Below, one piece after another: positions 24,646 to 37,852 of a DNA stretch of 44,907 bases; within the stretch, counting starts at the first letter, position 1, and each line of letters opens with the position of its first letter. A program made the position numbers and the translations under genes. The notes under the pieces were generated by a model, which was given only the letters and a program-made list of their open reading frames with translations, did no database searches and was not told the origin of the DNA. The stretch comes from Octopus bimaculoides. Taxonomy: Eukaryota. The stretch covers positions 47,165,303 through 47,210,209 of the forward strand of contig NC_068982.1 of the NCBI RefSeq assembly GCF_001194135.2. Reading direction: 5' to 3'.

Positions 24646-24860
24646 AGGTGGCGAGCTGGCATAAACATTAGCATGCCAGGTGAAATGCTTTGCAGTATTT
24701 CGTCTGTCTTTATGTTCTGAGTTCAAATTCAGCCAAGGTCAACTTTACTTTTCATCCTTTCAGGGTTGATAAATTAAATACCAGTTGTGTACTGGTATCA
24801 ATTTAATCGACTCCCCCCCCCCCAAAAAAAAAAAAAAATTGGGGCCTTGTGCCTAGAGGA
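24646..24860 (+). mobile_element. tRNA-derived SINE (family E)
   Basis: ggtggcgagctggc...gagttcaaattc...ttttcatcctttcagggttgataaattaaataccag. Confidence 0.75.
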
Positions 24861-25034
24861 GAAAAGGATACTGTTTATATTTCCCATGAACAAATTGTTC
24901 AACAGCACTTCAATGTGTGAAGATATAGAATGAAGTGTGTTGCTTGGAAAACAAGTCAGAACTGATACCAAGTAGAGCATATTACTGTAAAATATAGTTT
25001 TGAAGAAGTCTTCTGTCTTTGTACGAATCTTTTT

Positions 25035-25298
25035 GTCTTTTGCTTGTTCCAATCATTGGACTGTGGCCATGCTGGAGTACTGCCTTGAAGGGTTTAGTTG
25101 AACCACCGATTCCAGGTCTTATTTCTTTAAAGCCTAGTACTTATTTTGTCTGTCTCTTTTGCCAAATGCTAAGTTGCTGGTACATAATCAAACCAATACA
25201 CACACACATGCAACAAGCTTCTTTCAGTTTCCATCTACCAAATCCATTCACAAGGCTTTAATTGGCCCAGGGTTGTAGTAGAAGACACTTGTCCAAGG
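25035..25298 (-). mobile_element. Family F SINE, partial
   Basis: Same blocks as 17505-17899, more diverged. Confidence 0.7.
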
Positions 25299-27455
25299 TA
25301 ACAAAGAAGAAAAAAGGGTGTAAAAGCAAAATTATATGATATATTCAGGACCACGTTATCTAATGTGTCCTTTTCTTAAGATGGTATGATGTGATTTGAG
25401 GGTGGTGTAGCTGCTATTTTTAGAAGTTGAACTAGAACTAAAACTTATTCATTAGCTGTCATCAAGTTTTAAATTGTATCTGCTTGTATTTGCTTTTAAG
25501 CTTGATGGGCAGGTTGATAAAAGAAGTATAGAATAAAAGTAGCATCATTAAAGCTGATGTCATCAAATTCTTCTGATTTGACATCTTTTTCAGGTATTTC
25601 AAAAAGCTTAGAATTGATAATAATGACCTTTTTTTTTTTTTTTTTTTTTTGTTCATTTACTTTTCCTTTTTACATTAGCCAAAGCTCAACTATATTTCCT
25701 TCCACCTAAAGGGAAGGCAAAATTTGAAATGCATCTTAGCTGTCTGAATATAAGTTACATAAGGAGGGAATGTATAGCATCCTTTCTTTATAAGTAACCA
25801 ACTTTGTAAATGTATCATAAATTAAAAAAATTAGCTTTAGAATTTTGGCTTTGTAGAAGTGAAAGGTTTTTAATTTGACTGCTCATGAATGAAATTTTAG
25901 CAAAGATACCATTAACCTATTTTGTTTTTAGCATTTAAATTTGTTTTTTGGCATATCTTTTAAAATGTTATTACATAAGAGAAAATGGCTGTGGTGATGC
26001 AAATATTACCATGATTTCAAACATTACTACTGCAGCTATTAATTAATGCTGTGCCTCTTTTGCTTCAGACTGCCTGAATATCAAGCAGGTTCTTCGTATG
26101 TTCCAGCTGTCAGTTGAAAAATGATTATGCCAACAATGTAATGGTCAAAATTAGCGAAAACGATCATTACTTCAACTAACAAGGTGAAATAGATATAAAA
26201 CAGTACAAAAATCTTCTGGCCTCACTTTCTACTGAATAAATGTAGTCTGCTTGAACACAAGACTGACACTTAAGTCTTTAGGATGAGTAATGTAACCTCT
26301 GAGAGACTAAAGTGTCTTCAATTTTCATTTTATTTAATTTTATTTTTTTGTTCTGATCCAAAGTAATTTGATTGTACTTATATATTGGCCATTACTGAAC
26401 ATAGATAGTACTATAAATTTGTCTAAAACATGCCAATAGACAACACTAATTCTTCTCGGTCTTTCTTCTTTATCACTTCTTGTAATGGTGTTTTTCGCTT
26501 CGTGCTGCTCTTAAAGAAAATCTGATATAAAGAACTCGTTTCCGAACACCTATAAATTTGTCCTTCATACCCGTCTCTTCTATCAATATGAAGAAGCATA
26601 AACACTTTGAAATTCTGAACCACAGAACTAGTTCAGAGCAATTGCTGAAGCTAATATAAGGCGCGAAATTTCTGAGTATTCTACATCCTGCCAAATATAT
26701 AATTGTTTACCTTGTTACAGGTTGTCTTGTTGCCAGCCTGGCAGATTTTATTGGAAAATTGCAAGGCAGCACTGACAATAAGCTAATCAATATGAAGAAC
26801 ACATTTGATGCCTGTTTCAAGAGATCTATTTATGAAATTTACTGCTTTCACTATTGAACTTTTGCATCAAATCTTGCATGCATGTACTTGTACAAGTATA
26901 CAAACATTCACACACACACACACACACACACAGCGTACACATATCCGCATTCAGAAAAATACATAAAATTTAAGCACACACACACATTTCTCTCTCTCTC
27001 ACATGCACACACACATACACACACACTTTGATTTTTAAAGATTATTTTACAAGTTTTAAAAATAGTTGTCATATTGCATACTAAATCAATCTGTATTTTT
27101 GTGCTCTTCACAGTTTCAGGTAAGCCTGCTTCCGTTTGTGCCACTTGCTGCCAGAAATACAGTTTTGAAATACTTAGTTGTAGGATAATAAAATTTCCTA
27201 TAGAATACCACCTGCTTCATTCTACACCCTGTTATTGCTTATTTACTTTTTGCATTCCTTTCTTTATTTGCTTGAAGCAATATCTTCAATGATTCCTGAA
27301 CATTTTCTCCATAGTGTTTACATGTATGCCTCTCTGTGTGTGTATGTATATATGCATGTATGTGTAAATGAGTCGATAAAGAAGTCAATAAGTTGTTTCT
27401 CGGTCTTAAAATAAATGAGAATAAATGCACAGTTTTAATATCATGAAGTATTTTC

Positions 27456-27654
27456 AGGTGGTGCCCTGGCAGAATTGTTAGCGCATGGGACGAAATACTT
27501 AGCAGCATTTCTTCTGGCTCTTTATGTTCTAAGTTCAAATTCTGCTGTGGTCAACTTTGCCTTTTGTTCCTTTAGGGTCAAAAAAATAAGTATTTGTCAA
27601 GTATTGGGGTCAATATATAGATGACCTGCTGGCCTTGTGTCAAGATTTGAAATC
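27456..27654 (+). mobile_element. Family E SINE with TSD
   Basis: Flanked by aatatcatgaagtattt (27437-27453) and aatattatgaagtattt (27655-27671). Confidence 0.8.
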
Positions 27655-28009
27655 AATATTATGAAGTATTTGGGTTCTACATTAAGAAGTCTTATTCATG
27701 TGTGTGTATGTTTATGTATAAGAGAGTGAAAGGACTCTTTATCCTTTTATGTGCCAGTGGAATAATGGAATGCACCCAGCTCATGTTGTTAAGTGGTTGA
27801 TAGTAGAAAGGATGTTGTCGTCATCATCATCATTTAATCTTTCCTTTTCCATGCTTGCATGGGTGAGAAAGAATTTTGTTGAGGCAGATTTTCTACAGCC
27901 AAATATATCTGTTGCCAACCTTCACCTGTTTCCAGTGCAGCCTGAAAATCCACCAGATCAAGACGAAATGCATGGAAGTAGTACATGTGCCAGAGAGCAC
28001 ATGAATTAA

Positions 28010-28755
28010 TCTTGGTGAAACACTGGAGGTGCTAGGGCCAGAGCCAGCTCACAGTTCCTAAAACCTCCAGGTGTTGTAAGCCTCAGACTCAAGCAGAGTA
28101 GCAGAACAGTGTTGAGTGAAGAGGCCTCAAGCTAACAAGGATGAGGAGTGGTGCCACTTTGATAAGAAGATTGACCACATCTTATAAGTAACAGCTAAAA
28201 GAAATGCTAACCATCACCTCCAGGTAAAGACATTATTATCATCAGCCTAGCAACTGAGAGGTTCAGATCAGGGAATTGAAACTGCTCTGTTATGAGTAAT
28301 ATAGCCAGCAATATTCACTAACTCAGGTAAGAGCTTCAGAGCTTGAGATGACAGTTCAAGGAAGAGAATGGATTTCTGATGGATCTGCAGAATATCCTCC
28401 ACTTCTTAAGACAGCAGAAAGAGAGAGCCAGGAAGCGAGCTACCTTTCTAGCTCACTCATATGGGTTCATGAAACAGCTGCTCAAGTAGGTATGCAGTGG
28501 ATGATTCACCTGTTTCAAAGGTGAGATCAATATTCACTTCAGAGCCACTTTCAGTGTTAATTCCAGGAACCAAAACCTAAGACACTGCAAGTTTTTCAGT
28601 CATTCACCTGCACCAGCTATGGAATATGATGAGAAGAGTCCTGCTGGAAAGATATCCAGGATATAGTCAAGAGCAAGGTGTATAAGAACTTCCCTAGGTT
28701 GTTCCACAGGCTCTGGAGGATCCTAAAGGTGATTTGAAGAAGAGGTAAGGTGGCT
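28010..28755 (+). mobile_element. Decayed HERO-like non-LTR retrotransposon fragment (pre-RT region)
   Basis: PGETLEVLGPEP..EEWCHFD..IISLATERF..ERARKRATFL..GFMKQLL..SG..VYKNFPRLFHRLWRILKVI*RRGKVA, which resembles the HERO-clade pattern as recalled. Stops and frameshifts present. Confidence 0.7.
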
Positions 28756-29439
28756 CACCTGTGGAAGTACACAGACGGGGTGTGGATTCTGAATGAAAAA
28801 GTGTCAAAGACTATCAGTTAGTTTAGAACAATCTCATTATTTAGTGCTTAAAATATTTTTATGCATTGTTATTAGGTGCTTGAGGTGGCTACTTCCTGAG
28901 GAATTCTTACATTGATTCCTCAGCTCAGAAAGTAGGTATCCCAAAGATATCAGGCTATCTGGAGCTTTTAGGTGCTGTGACCCATTTAACCAAAAAAAGC
29001 TCAAGAAAATGAAAGAGGTTTGGCAGTGTTGTGACTGATTGTTGTAAATGACTATGTATGTCACATATGCATTCACTGATGAACTCCTATCTGCACAATA
29101 AATTTATTGTTGTATTCATTGCTAACTATCACTTTAGTAACAGCATTCCCTGCACATGGCTTAAACAGCTCTCACTAGTCATTCATCTACCCCTAGCTAC
29201 ACAGCAACCACAATAACCACCAGATTAGAGAGCAAGGCACCCAGTCAAAGTCAACAAATGCTAAGTACTGTAGTTTGTTTACTTATTGCTAAGTACTTTT
29301 CCTGCAGTTGCCAAATTATAAGGAGAACAGCAGTAGTGCTTCTCTCCAGTAAAATACTTCAAAATATTTAATTCCAGTTCAACCTTGATTTTCCCTTCTC
29401 ACTTATTTTCTACTGTCAGTTTGTATTATTATTATATTC

Positions 29440-29760
29440 ATCATCATCATTATCTTTTTATGTTCATTGCATTGTCCATGCTAACATTGGTTGGACAGCA
29501 TGACAAGAGCTGACAAGCTGGAGAGTTGCACCAGGTTCTAGTCTGAATTAGCTTGGTTTATATGGCTGGATGCCATTCCTAACGCCAACTGCTTTACAGT
29601 GTGTGCTGGGTGATTTTAACATGACACTTTTTATGTGACACCAGCACAGAAATCTTACAGGCCAAAACTTTTCACCTGATGGGGTGGCCTTAACACACCT
29701 GCTGCAGTGGACAGATCTTCTTGAGTACAGCCATAACACTTCTGCATATTTCACTTGTTT
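29440..29760 (-). mobile_element. Family A (RTE 3' UTR) copy
   Basis: (tca)n, ggttggacagc..., ggatgccattcctaacgccaac. Confidence 0.7.
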
Positions 29761-29767
29761 GCATTAA

Positions 29768-29987
29768 CCCTTTTGATACCAACCCAGCTGAAACTGGCTC
29801 TGGCTCTGTAGTGCAAATGTCTTGTATTCATAAGTTTTGAATTAAAATCTTCCACCAAACCTTAGTCACAATTTTATGTTCCTAACACTAGCAGAATGAT
29901 AAATTTATTTTACTAAATTCTTTGTTATAGTTAAAGTTGATTGAAAGAAACACAGAGCATCTCAACAGGAATATGGTAACGAAAGGG
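29768..29987. mobile_element. piggyBac-like MITE with perfect TTAA TSD
   Basis: ttaa|cccttttgatacc...ggtaacgaaaggg|ttaa. Confidence 0.8.
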
Positions 29988-30214
29988 TTAAATATTCATT
30001 GCAGAGCAGTCCTCTCTCTTGGTTGTTTCACCTGATACTTTTGATATCCAAAATTTTTCTTCAGCTTACTTTATGCTTCATCTGACTCTCAAATTCAGAG
30101 AGCATATCCAGCAGCTCACACTTAATTCATCCCTATTTTCTGCACTTCTGATTTTAAAACCAAAGCCCCACTACCATACAGTATCAGATTTTTGATAGTT
30201 TGCCTTTCATGCAG

Positions 30215-30290
30215 ACAGAGCTTCATAGTGAAGATGAAAAATTTATAGAAGCAACTTTTCTATTTCTCAAACAAAAGTATTTGCTAGAGG
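30215..30290 (+). CDS. Candidate internal coding exon, unidentified protein
   Basis: tttgcctttcatgcag|ACA...GAGG|gtaaga. The 76 nt are open in phase 0 to 1: TELHSEDEKFIEATFLFLKQKYLLE(G). Confidence 0.4.
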
Positions 30291-30748
30291 GTAAGAAATG
30301 CTAATCGATTGTGCCTTCTTTCCAAACTTTATGGCCTCATATTGGTGTTAAAAAATCAATATTCACTAGTTGTTGGTATGCTGAAAATACCTTGGTATTC
30401 ATATTTGATATTTTTTGGCACTTTCATATCTGCTTAGTTACTAAAGAATACTTTGTACTATCAAATTGCTTAGATTTTAACAAGTTAATATAGTCATTGT
30501 TTAAAAAAAATTTTTTTTTCTTTATATGCCATGCCCTCTTGTTGAACTTAAGTCATCTCTTTGCTTCCTCCACTTCCCACATACATTCACTCTCGAAACT
30601 GTACTGTTTGCGAATTAAGGTTACTTATAACAACTTATTCTTTTTGCATTTGTATATCTATAAGCATAAATAAAATTGACAAAAAGCAAACATGTCTTAT
30701 TATAAGCTAAAAGTATAAATAATGGGATTAGTAATGTCTCCTTCCTTT

Positions 30749-30828
<80 letters not shown>

Positions 30829-30840
30829 TCTCTCTCTCTC
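30749..30840. repeat. (CT)n microsatellite
   Basis: Near-perfect dinucleotide run of about 90 bp. Confidence 0.95.
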
Positions 30841-30979
30841 TTTATCTTAAGACTGCTGTGACTTAAATGACTTAATTTTTGTTTTTAATGTAAAGTTTTA
30901 TTTATTTTTTGTTCATTATTTTCCTTTTGCAATATTTAGTTATAACCCCATTATGCAGCTTCTATATGTTGTTGGTGAA

Positions 30980-31310
30980 GGTGTATGGCTGAGTGGTTAG
31001 GAGTATTTGGCTCACAATCGTAACGTCCTGAGTTCAATTCCCAGCAACATGTGTCCTTGAGAAAGACGCTTTATTTCACATTGCTCCAATCCACTCAGCT
31101 GGCAAAAATGAGGAGCACTTGTATTTCAAAGGGCCAGCTTGTCACATTCCATGTCATGCTGAATCTGCCTGAGAACTACGTTAAGGGTACACAGGTGTGT
31201 GGAATGCTCAGCCACTTGCACATTAATTTCACATGCAAGCTTTTCTATTTGATCAGATCAACTGGAAGCCTTGTTGTCATAACTGATGGAATGCAGTCAT
31301 ATGTTGTTGG
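30980..31310 (+). mobile_element. tRNA-derived SINE with CORE-like domain and family D 3' half
   Basis: Head tggctgagtggttag...gagttcaattccc, then CORE-like tgtgtccttgagaaagacgcttt. The 3' part tgtatttcaaagggccagc...gatcaactggaa is shared with 10483-10858. Confidence 0.75.
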
Positions 31311-31691
31311 GGATTTTACAATGTCTCAAGTTAGAGGCACTTGCATCATCTTTGAAGGATAGTATCTCCAACGAAGATTACTTGCCAATAACTATCTCTA
31401 AGTTTGTCTTTATTACCAAAAATCTTATGCTGTGCTAAAATCTCTCCAATAAACCCAATGACTTACTTGTTGAAGAAGTAATCTGGGTTTTTTTTTAGAT
31501 ATCTGAGATACACCTTTGCTTATTTATACTATAGTCTATTCTTCTTTGGTAGTTATTGAGTTTTGGGTTTTTTTTGTTTTTTTTTTATTAAACTACAGCT
31601 TCTATTTGAAAGTTATCTTGGTTTATATTGTAGATAAAATCTGTATTCTAGATTTTCTTGTAGCCTTTCTTACAATTTATAAGATATTATC

Positions 31692-31922
31692 TTAACCTTT
31701 TTGATACCAACCTGCCTGAGACTATCCCTGGCTCTATAACACAAACTTTCAGTTATAGAGTGATCCAAATTGAAACCTTCTCCCCAAATTCCATGTTAAT
31801 TTATGTTCCAAACTCCTGTTTAATAATGACAAAGTTATTCTATTAAATTTTTCATTATTTTCAAAAACTGATTGAAACAAAGGCAATGTGTTTCAACAGA
31901 AATTTGGTAACACAAGGTTTCA
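31692..31922. mobile_element. piggyBac-like MITE (related to 29768-29987 and 15945-16387)
   Basis: ttaacctttttgataccaacc...aacagaaatttggtaacacaagg. Confidence 0.65.
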
Positions 31923-33274
31923 ACTATATTCTCTGAAACCAGGAACAAATGTCTTGAGAAGCATGAAAGTGTCCATGACCTATTATCTTTGGTAGTTAGG
32001 CTCACATATTTCATACTTGTTATCATTCATGCTGTAGTCTTTGTTGTTGTCATCATCACCAAAAGTTTAAAGGTCCTCCCAAACTAATGAGATTCATACT
32101 GCTAAAGTCCAATCTGAACTTCTGCTGGTCAGTGTCTGCTGGACAAGCATGAATAGGTTCTAATGCTTGCAATAAAATAAACTCTGCCAAAAGCATCCAA
32201 GGACCTGATAGTACTATTAAACCAGACCATTCCATTGCTCTCATCTTTTTTCTTTTTCTGCTATAAGGCCTTTTAAAAGAGAAATTATATGAATATATTT
32301 CATTGTGTATTGTATTCATAAAGGTTGTAGAAAAATGCAAAGAAGTTATTTATACTTTTTTAACAAGTTTATTATATTTCTTAGATTTTTAGTAAATGAC
32401 AGATAATAATCTAATGATGTGTTAAGATCAATTTCTCTTCTTCTGTATCATGCAGAATAAACTACATTGATAGGCAGTAATTTGTAACACTTGATAATAG
32501 TTATTGATCACCCATCAATTGATTCATGGATTCTATACATCATAATTCTTTATTTATTTCTTGTTTTACTGGGTTTTTTTCTTTGTCTGCTTCTCCTTCT
32601 CTCAAAAGTTACTCCCCAACTTTCAAAGATAAATTTATTGCATGTTTATTCTTTAAAGATTCTAAAGTAAGTTGTTCTTTATAACTCTGTTTTGATAGTA
32701 TCACAGAATTAAATTTATTGTTATGTCCCATATATGTTTTTCTTTCCAATTTCTTCCTCCTGTCTCTTTTTCTCCCTCTCCAAAAAATGCATTTTCCAAA
32801 TTTCTGTATACAATATTCAGAACACTTAAGAGACTATACATTCTATGTTAATCAATGAAAATTCTATACACTTTTTTAGCTTTTTACATAAATAATGACC
32901 AACATACGATTGTAGAAGTTTATTTATTTATTCATTTATTTTTTGGTGTAAAAAGAAAAAAATTCTATACCAATTAATCCTCAGTGGTCAATAAGATATT
33001 TCTCTTGTGAATATGCAGACATCATGTTTTTCACTTAAGTGTTTAATTAGACAAGAGAACAAGTGTTATAGTTATTTCATTTCTTTCTTTCTCACCTCAG
33101 ACTCATTAATTGTTAAAGATTTTTCCAGACAATTTGTATACTATCAGGGACTTGGAAGTGTTTGCTTTATAGAATATATTATCAAAATAGTGGTTTTATT
33201 GAATTAGATTCTCTCTCTCTCCCTCTCACTCACTCACTACATATATGTGTGTGTGTATATATATATATATATAT

Positions 33275-33466
33275 NNNNNNNNNNNNNNNNNNNNNNNNNN
33301 NNNNNNNNNNNNNNNNNNNNNNNNNNNNNNNNNNNNNNNNNNNNNNNNNNNNNNNNNNNNNNNNNNNNNNNNNNNNNNNNNNNNNNNNNNNNNNNNNNNN
33401 NNNNNNNNNNNNNNNNNNNNNNNNNNNNNNNNNNNNNNNNNNNNNNNNNNNNNNNNNNNNNNNNNN
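33275..33466. other. Assembly gap after a (TA)n run
   Basis: Run of N. Confidence 1.
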
Positions 33467-33469
33467 ATG

Positions 33470-33665
33470 TATATATATGTTGGCTTCACTTAAAAAGCAC
33501 CTGTGTTGGCACCACATAAAAGCACCCATGCAGGCACCATGTGAAATCACCTGTGCTGGCTCCATGTAAAAAGCACCTTTGCCATGTAAGAGCACCTAGT
33601 ACACTCTGTAAAGTGGTTAGCATTAGGAAGGGCATCCAGCCGTGGAAACCATGCCAAAACAGTTG
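33470..33665 (+). mobile_element. Family A copy, 3'-truncated, with tandem units
   Basis: Repeated aaaagcacc units then acactctgtaaagtggttagcattaggaagggcatcc. Confidence 0.7.
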
Positions 33666-34079
33666 TCTTTTTTTTATAATATAAGGAATTTTTCTTTTCT
33701 ATCTAACTTGAGAATGGTTTTCTAACAGAGTATGTAAATATTCTCAGTCATGCATACATGCATTTATTAATGGGCTTCTGTACAGTTTTCAGTTGACCTG
33801 AGGTTATTTTAGATGACGTTTGCCCAAGGTGCAGCACAGTAGAAGGACTTGAGATCATGTGGTTACGTAGCAAACTCTGTATCCACACAACCATGCTTGC
33901 ACCTAGGTACTGGCACGATTGTGTGATTAAGAACTTCACTTTGCAACCAACCATTACTTTTTTTCTACTACATCTTCTCTGACCTTAAGGCAGTTAATGA
34001 TGATACTGCTATACCAGTCATTGAATTTTATACACTAACTGATTGACTATGTGTGTGACTAGCATGAGTCCTACTTTAC

Positions 34080-34250
34080 TGCAGATACTTTCCCTGCCTT
34101 CAAATTCTTGATCACACTTTTGACCATATGACTGTAAACTTCAATGGTTGGTTCCTCTATTGGAATCAGCTGCTGTTATAGACCCTCTCTTTCACATACA
34201 TTCTTCCCATTGAGCAGCTTCTTATAGTAGAATTTATATGCCTCCAACTA
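34080..34250 (-). mobile_element. RTE LINE fragment (linker before RT)
   Basis: Minus translation YYKKLLNGKN..PIEEPTIEV..MVKSVIKNLKAGK resembles the RTE Y..LLN.EN..V..AIK.MK.GKA region. Confidence 0.5.
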
Positions 34251-35344
34251 TTTGTTACAAATAAATCTGGAGCTAATTGCACTGCTAGAATGTAGGTCTT
34301 AGCTCTATTCAAGATTATATGTTTTGTCTAATTTCATTTTTGTTTTTACCCCTTTTTTTTTTATTAATCAATGAGAATAAAACTTTTAATGAAAGAGTTT
34401 GGAATTAAAAATGTGAAATAATATAAAACAATTACATGTTATTCCTCCTACTGAAATAGTTCTTCTGAATGGCTATGATTACAGCTGCAGAATTATTTAA
34501 AGAAAAAGACTGATTGAGATGAGGAAGACAAGGAGAGGATTTGTGTAAAAGAAAAAATAGTGGGAGTTTGTATAAAAACAAGTTAAGGGCATATTTGAAT
34601 AAAGTAATTGTTTTAATGTGGTGAAAAGGAGATGTGGCTGTATTAGTCTGACAGAGAAAGAAGTGTTAGAGAAGGAATTTGTTAAACTTTAAAAAAAATA
34701 AATTAGAAGTTTACAGGAAAATATGTCGGAAAGCAAGAGAACAATGCAGCCCAGCTCTGACTGAAAACAGAAAAAAAGGAAGAAAGAGAGAGAGAGAGAG
34801 AAACTATGTCTACAAAACTTATCTTATTGCATGCCTTCTTCAATAATAAGCTTCTTTTGTCTAAGACCTGTTGATGGAAGTTGTTGTAAAGTGATGAATT
34901 GATGTTCTGAGTAAGTTGTTTTAATAGCTCTTCTCTTGCCTTCATGAAGGGATTCCAGATTGATTGGCAGATTAAGCTGCAATTGATTCCAACTTTATGA
35001 ATGAAAGCATTGCCTGTCAGGCCATCTTAACAAGCTACCATCACTTCTGACACTTTCATCATTAGCATCATCATGCAAAAGCTGCTAATGGTAAAGGTTT
35101 AGACTAGTTGTTTTATAGCATCTAGTTTATTGTTTAAGTGTACTGAGTTTAAATTATGCAAATGCTGTTTTTACCTTGCTTCTCTTTGACGTTTTACAAG
35201 TAATATTATATTAAAGTCAGTTTAATAAAACTCTGTTTTCTCTTTTCGTTATTGACCTCATCCCTGATCAAATAGAAACTATTATTGCCATTTTTATCAT
35301 CTTCAGTTCCACATACATTTCCTCATTGCTTATAAAGATTTCTT

Positions 35345-35552
35345 AACCCTTTAACATTCGAATTACTCTATCAAATGTAGCAATTATTTATTTACATTGT
35401 TCTGAATTGATCATGCTTCAAGATCTCAATGATGTGTTTGTATATTTTTAGAAGGACATTGTAGGATAAGTATGAAAGGCAGTATCTGTCTTGTTTGTAT
35501 ATAAAACAGAATATTTGGCTGGATGTGGCTGTCTTATATACTAATGGGTTAA
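35345..35552. mobile_element. piggyBac-like MITE (family of 17152-17370)
   Basis: ttaaccctttaacatt...actaatgggttaa with homologous interior. Confidence 0.65.
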
Positions 35553-35763
35553 GACAGTGATTTCTGCCATAATTTGATGCCAAGTTCTCAACATTTACTT
35601 ACACTAAATAACTTTGGAAAAATTGAGAGACCCGATGCTATCCCACTGTATACAAGTTGAACAGTACAGCCTCCCATTCTCTGTTTGATGCTCTCCATAT
35701 AATGTGGGATAGCAGTGGATGTCTCTATATTCAGTCTCCACTATCACTTTCCTTATATTGCTA

Positions 35764-36468
35764 TCATATGTGAACTTGATTCCAGTCATATGGAAACATC
35801 TTCGATCTTTTTATAAAACTGTTTTAATCAGTATATGACCCAAAATTGAAGACACTCATTGTGAAGAATTAATTTCAGAATTTTATGCATAAAACAGTAG
35901 GAGGATACAAGTAGATAACTGAACCAACATAGGAGCCATTTCTCCCTCAAATCACATTCTACCTCCACAAAAATTCAAATGGCATGTAGTATAATGCAGT
36001 GCAAGATATATTTCCTGAAAATAAGATGGAATAGTCACATCTGGAATTCTTTTGAGCATAGGTCTGCTTGGCCAAAGATGACTTGGACAGACTTACAATT
36101 AACAGTGTCCATCAACTCTTTTATTCAAACAGTAACTCTAGAACTACATTATCTGATGTATCCTTCTTTTTCAAAAACACTGTAGGATGTGATTTGAGGC
36201 TCATTTGAATTATTTCTAGCAAGTTGAGCATATACTGATAGTACAGCAGAACAGTCTCTATATTGTTTTATATTTCATATATTCATTTTGATATCTTGAT
36301 TTTTTTTTTTTTAAGGACTGATCTAACCACCTCACTACCAGTTATAAATTATGATGATGATGATATTTCTTAACGATCATGTTAGACAACCCACGCATAT
36401 GATTTGATTACAATAATGAAAGCTTGTGTGGAACAAGCCACACTCTTTAGAGAAAATGACAGCAGAAT
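35764..36468 (-). repeat. Left arm of ~700 bp inverted duplication
   Basis: Reverse complement matches 39731-40442, with 4 mismatches in the outer ~170 bp and two indels (36 and 21 nt). Confidence 0.95.
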
Positions 36469-37710
36469 CTTTGATCTCTCATCGACCAGCACTCCCCAAG
36501 CATGTACAAGACAATAAATTAATAATGATAGTAATAATTAAGTAGATGTACATTTATTGACCCCTTGAATAGTCCCATCGACTCCCTGGGGTCGATATTG
36601 ACCACTTTGGAGACTCCTGAGTTAGACAGTTTTGATTATGATGATGGTGAGGCTTATTATGATAATGATTAACTTTAAAAAAATATAAGTTTAGTAGTAA
36701 TAGTAGAGGTGTTGACAGTAAAACTAATATGGCAGGTGTACTTTTATTCAAGTGAATATTTATTCAAAATGTGAACAATCATCCCAAGATGAGATATCAT
36801 AGGTTTTATGATAATAAAAAATTATTGTTTGACTTGTAAAATTACTCTCATTAATCATTACTCTTCATCCTTTGGCACTTTAACATCTGCTTATTCATAT
36901 TTGCATTGATTCAGTGTAATTGTGAGGGTATTTATAATAAGTAATTATTTGTAACTTACATACATATACATACACCCAGGCCTAATCCCCATTTTTTTTT
37001 TTAAGGAAGGGGTAACCACAAGACACACACCAGGCATTCCATTCATTTCCCAGCTCAAAGAGGCAAGCCCTGTTGTAATTGAAAGATGCAGTACAAGTTT
37101 TTGTTTCAGCTAAGCTTTCTTGTCTGGTGAGGCTGAAAATGCTTCTTTCAATGGTAAGAAGAAATGAAAAGTTATACTGTTAGAAAACAAATTGTATGGC
37201 ATTAGTAGTGCATAACTTAAATGAATAAAAGCCTCAAAATTACCCTGCAATTAGGATATAACAAACTAGTCTAATTCAATAGCAACAATATAGTCACCAC
37301 ACACATATCAAGAAAGCAGCTTCTTTTAATACTACTCACACTCTCTATTTTAGAACATATTTTCTTCAAATTATAAGTTTTCATGAAACTTCATGTTGGT
37401 GTTGTTGTTTAGTCCTGTTTCAGCATTGATCAATGAGACTATGATTAAATACATTGTAGTCATGACCAACCAGTCTCCTTTCTTTGTAAAGCTAATCCAG
37501 GAATCCCTTACCCAATGTCTTTTCTAAAATGGTGGACATTTGAGAGACATTTAGCTGCTATATCTACCAGTTTAAGTAACCCTGTGCAGGCTCCATAGCC
37601 AAGACTGCATCTTAACATTTTAGGTTTTCTCTTCAAAGGTTAGAAAATCATTAATTATTAAAATTTTTATATCAAATGCCCAAAGTTACATTTAATTTGC
37701 AATATATTAT

Positions 37711-37852
37711 TACCTGGCCAAAAGTCTGGAACATAGGTCTGAAAATTAGAATTTTTATATTAAATGTCTAAAGTTATATTTGAATCAAATTGCACTTGGG
37801 CATTACAATTCTAATTTTTAAAAAATGCTCCAAACTTTTGGCCACATCTGTA
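37711..37852. mobile_element. Tc1-type MITE
   Basis: Imperfect TIRs ta..tggccaaaagtctgg / ccaaacttttggccacatctgta. Confidence 0.55.

Noticed and set aside
34703-35090. Minus ORF MKAREELLKQLTQNINSSLYNN as a Penelope-like N-terminal fragment
   Set aside because: No diagnostic RT or GIY-YIG motif was visible, so there is too little evidence to call.
35600-35810. Minus ORF MTGIKFTYDSNIRKV as a gene
   Set aside because: Its start is the duplicated arm of the 40400 candidate exon reading into unrelated flank. It has no independent support.
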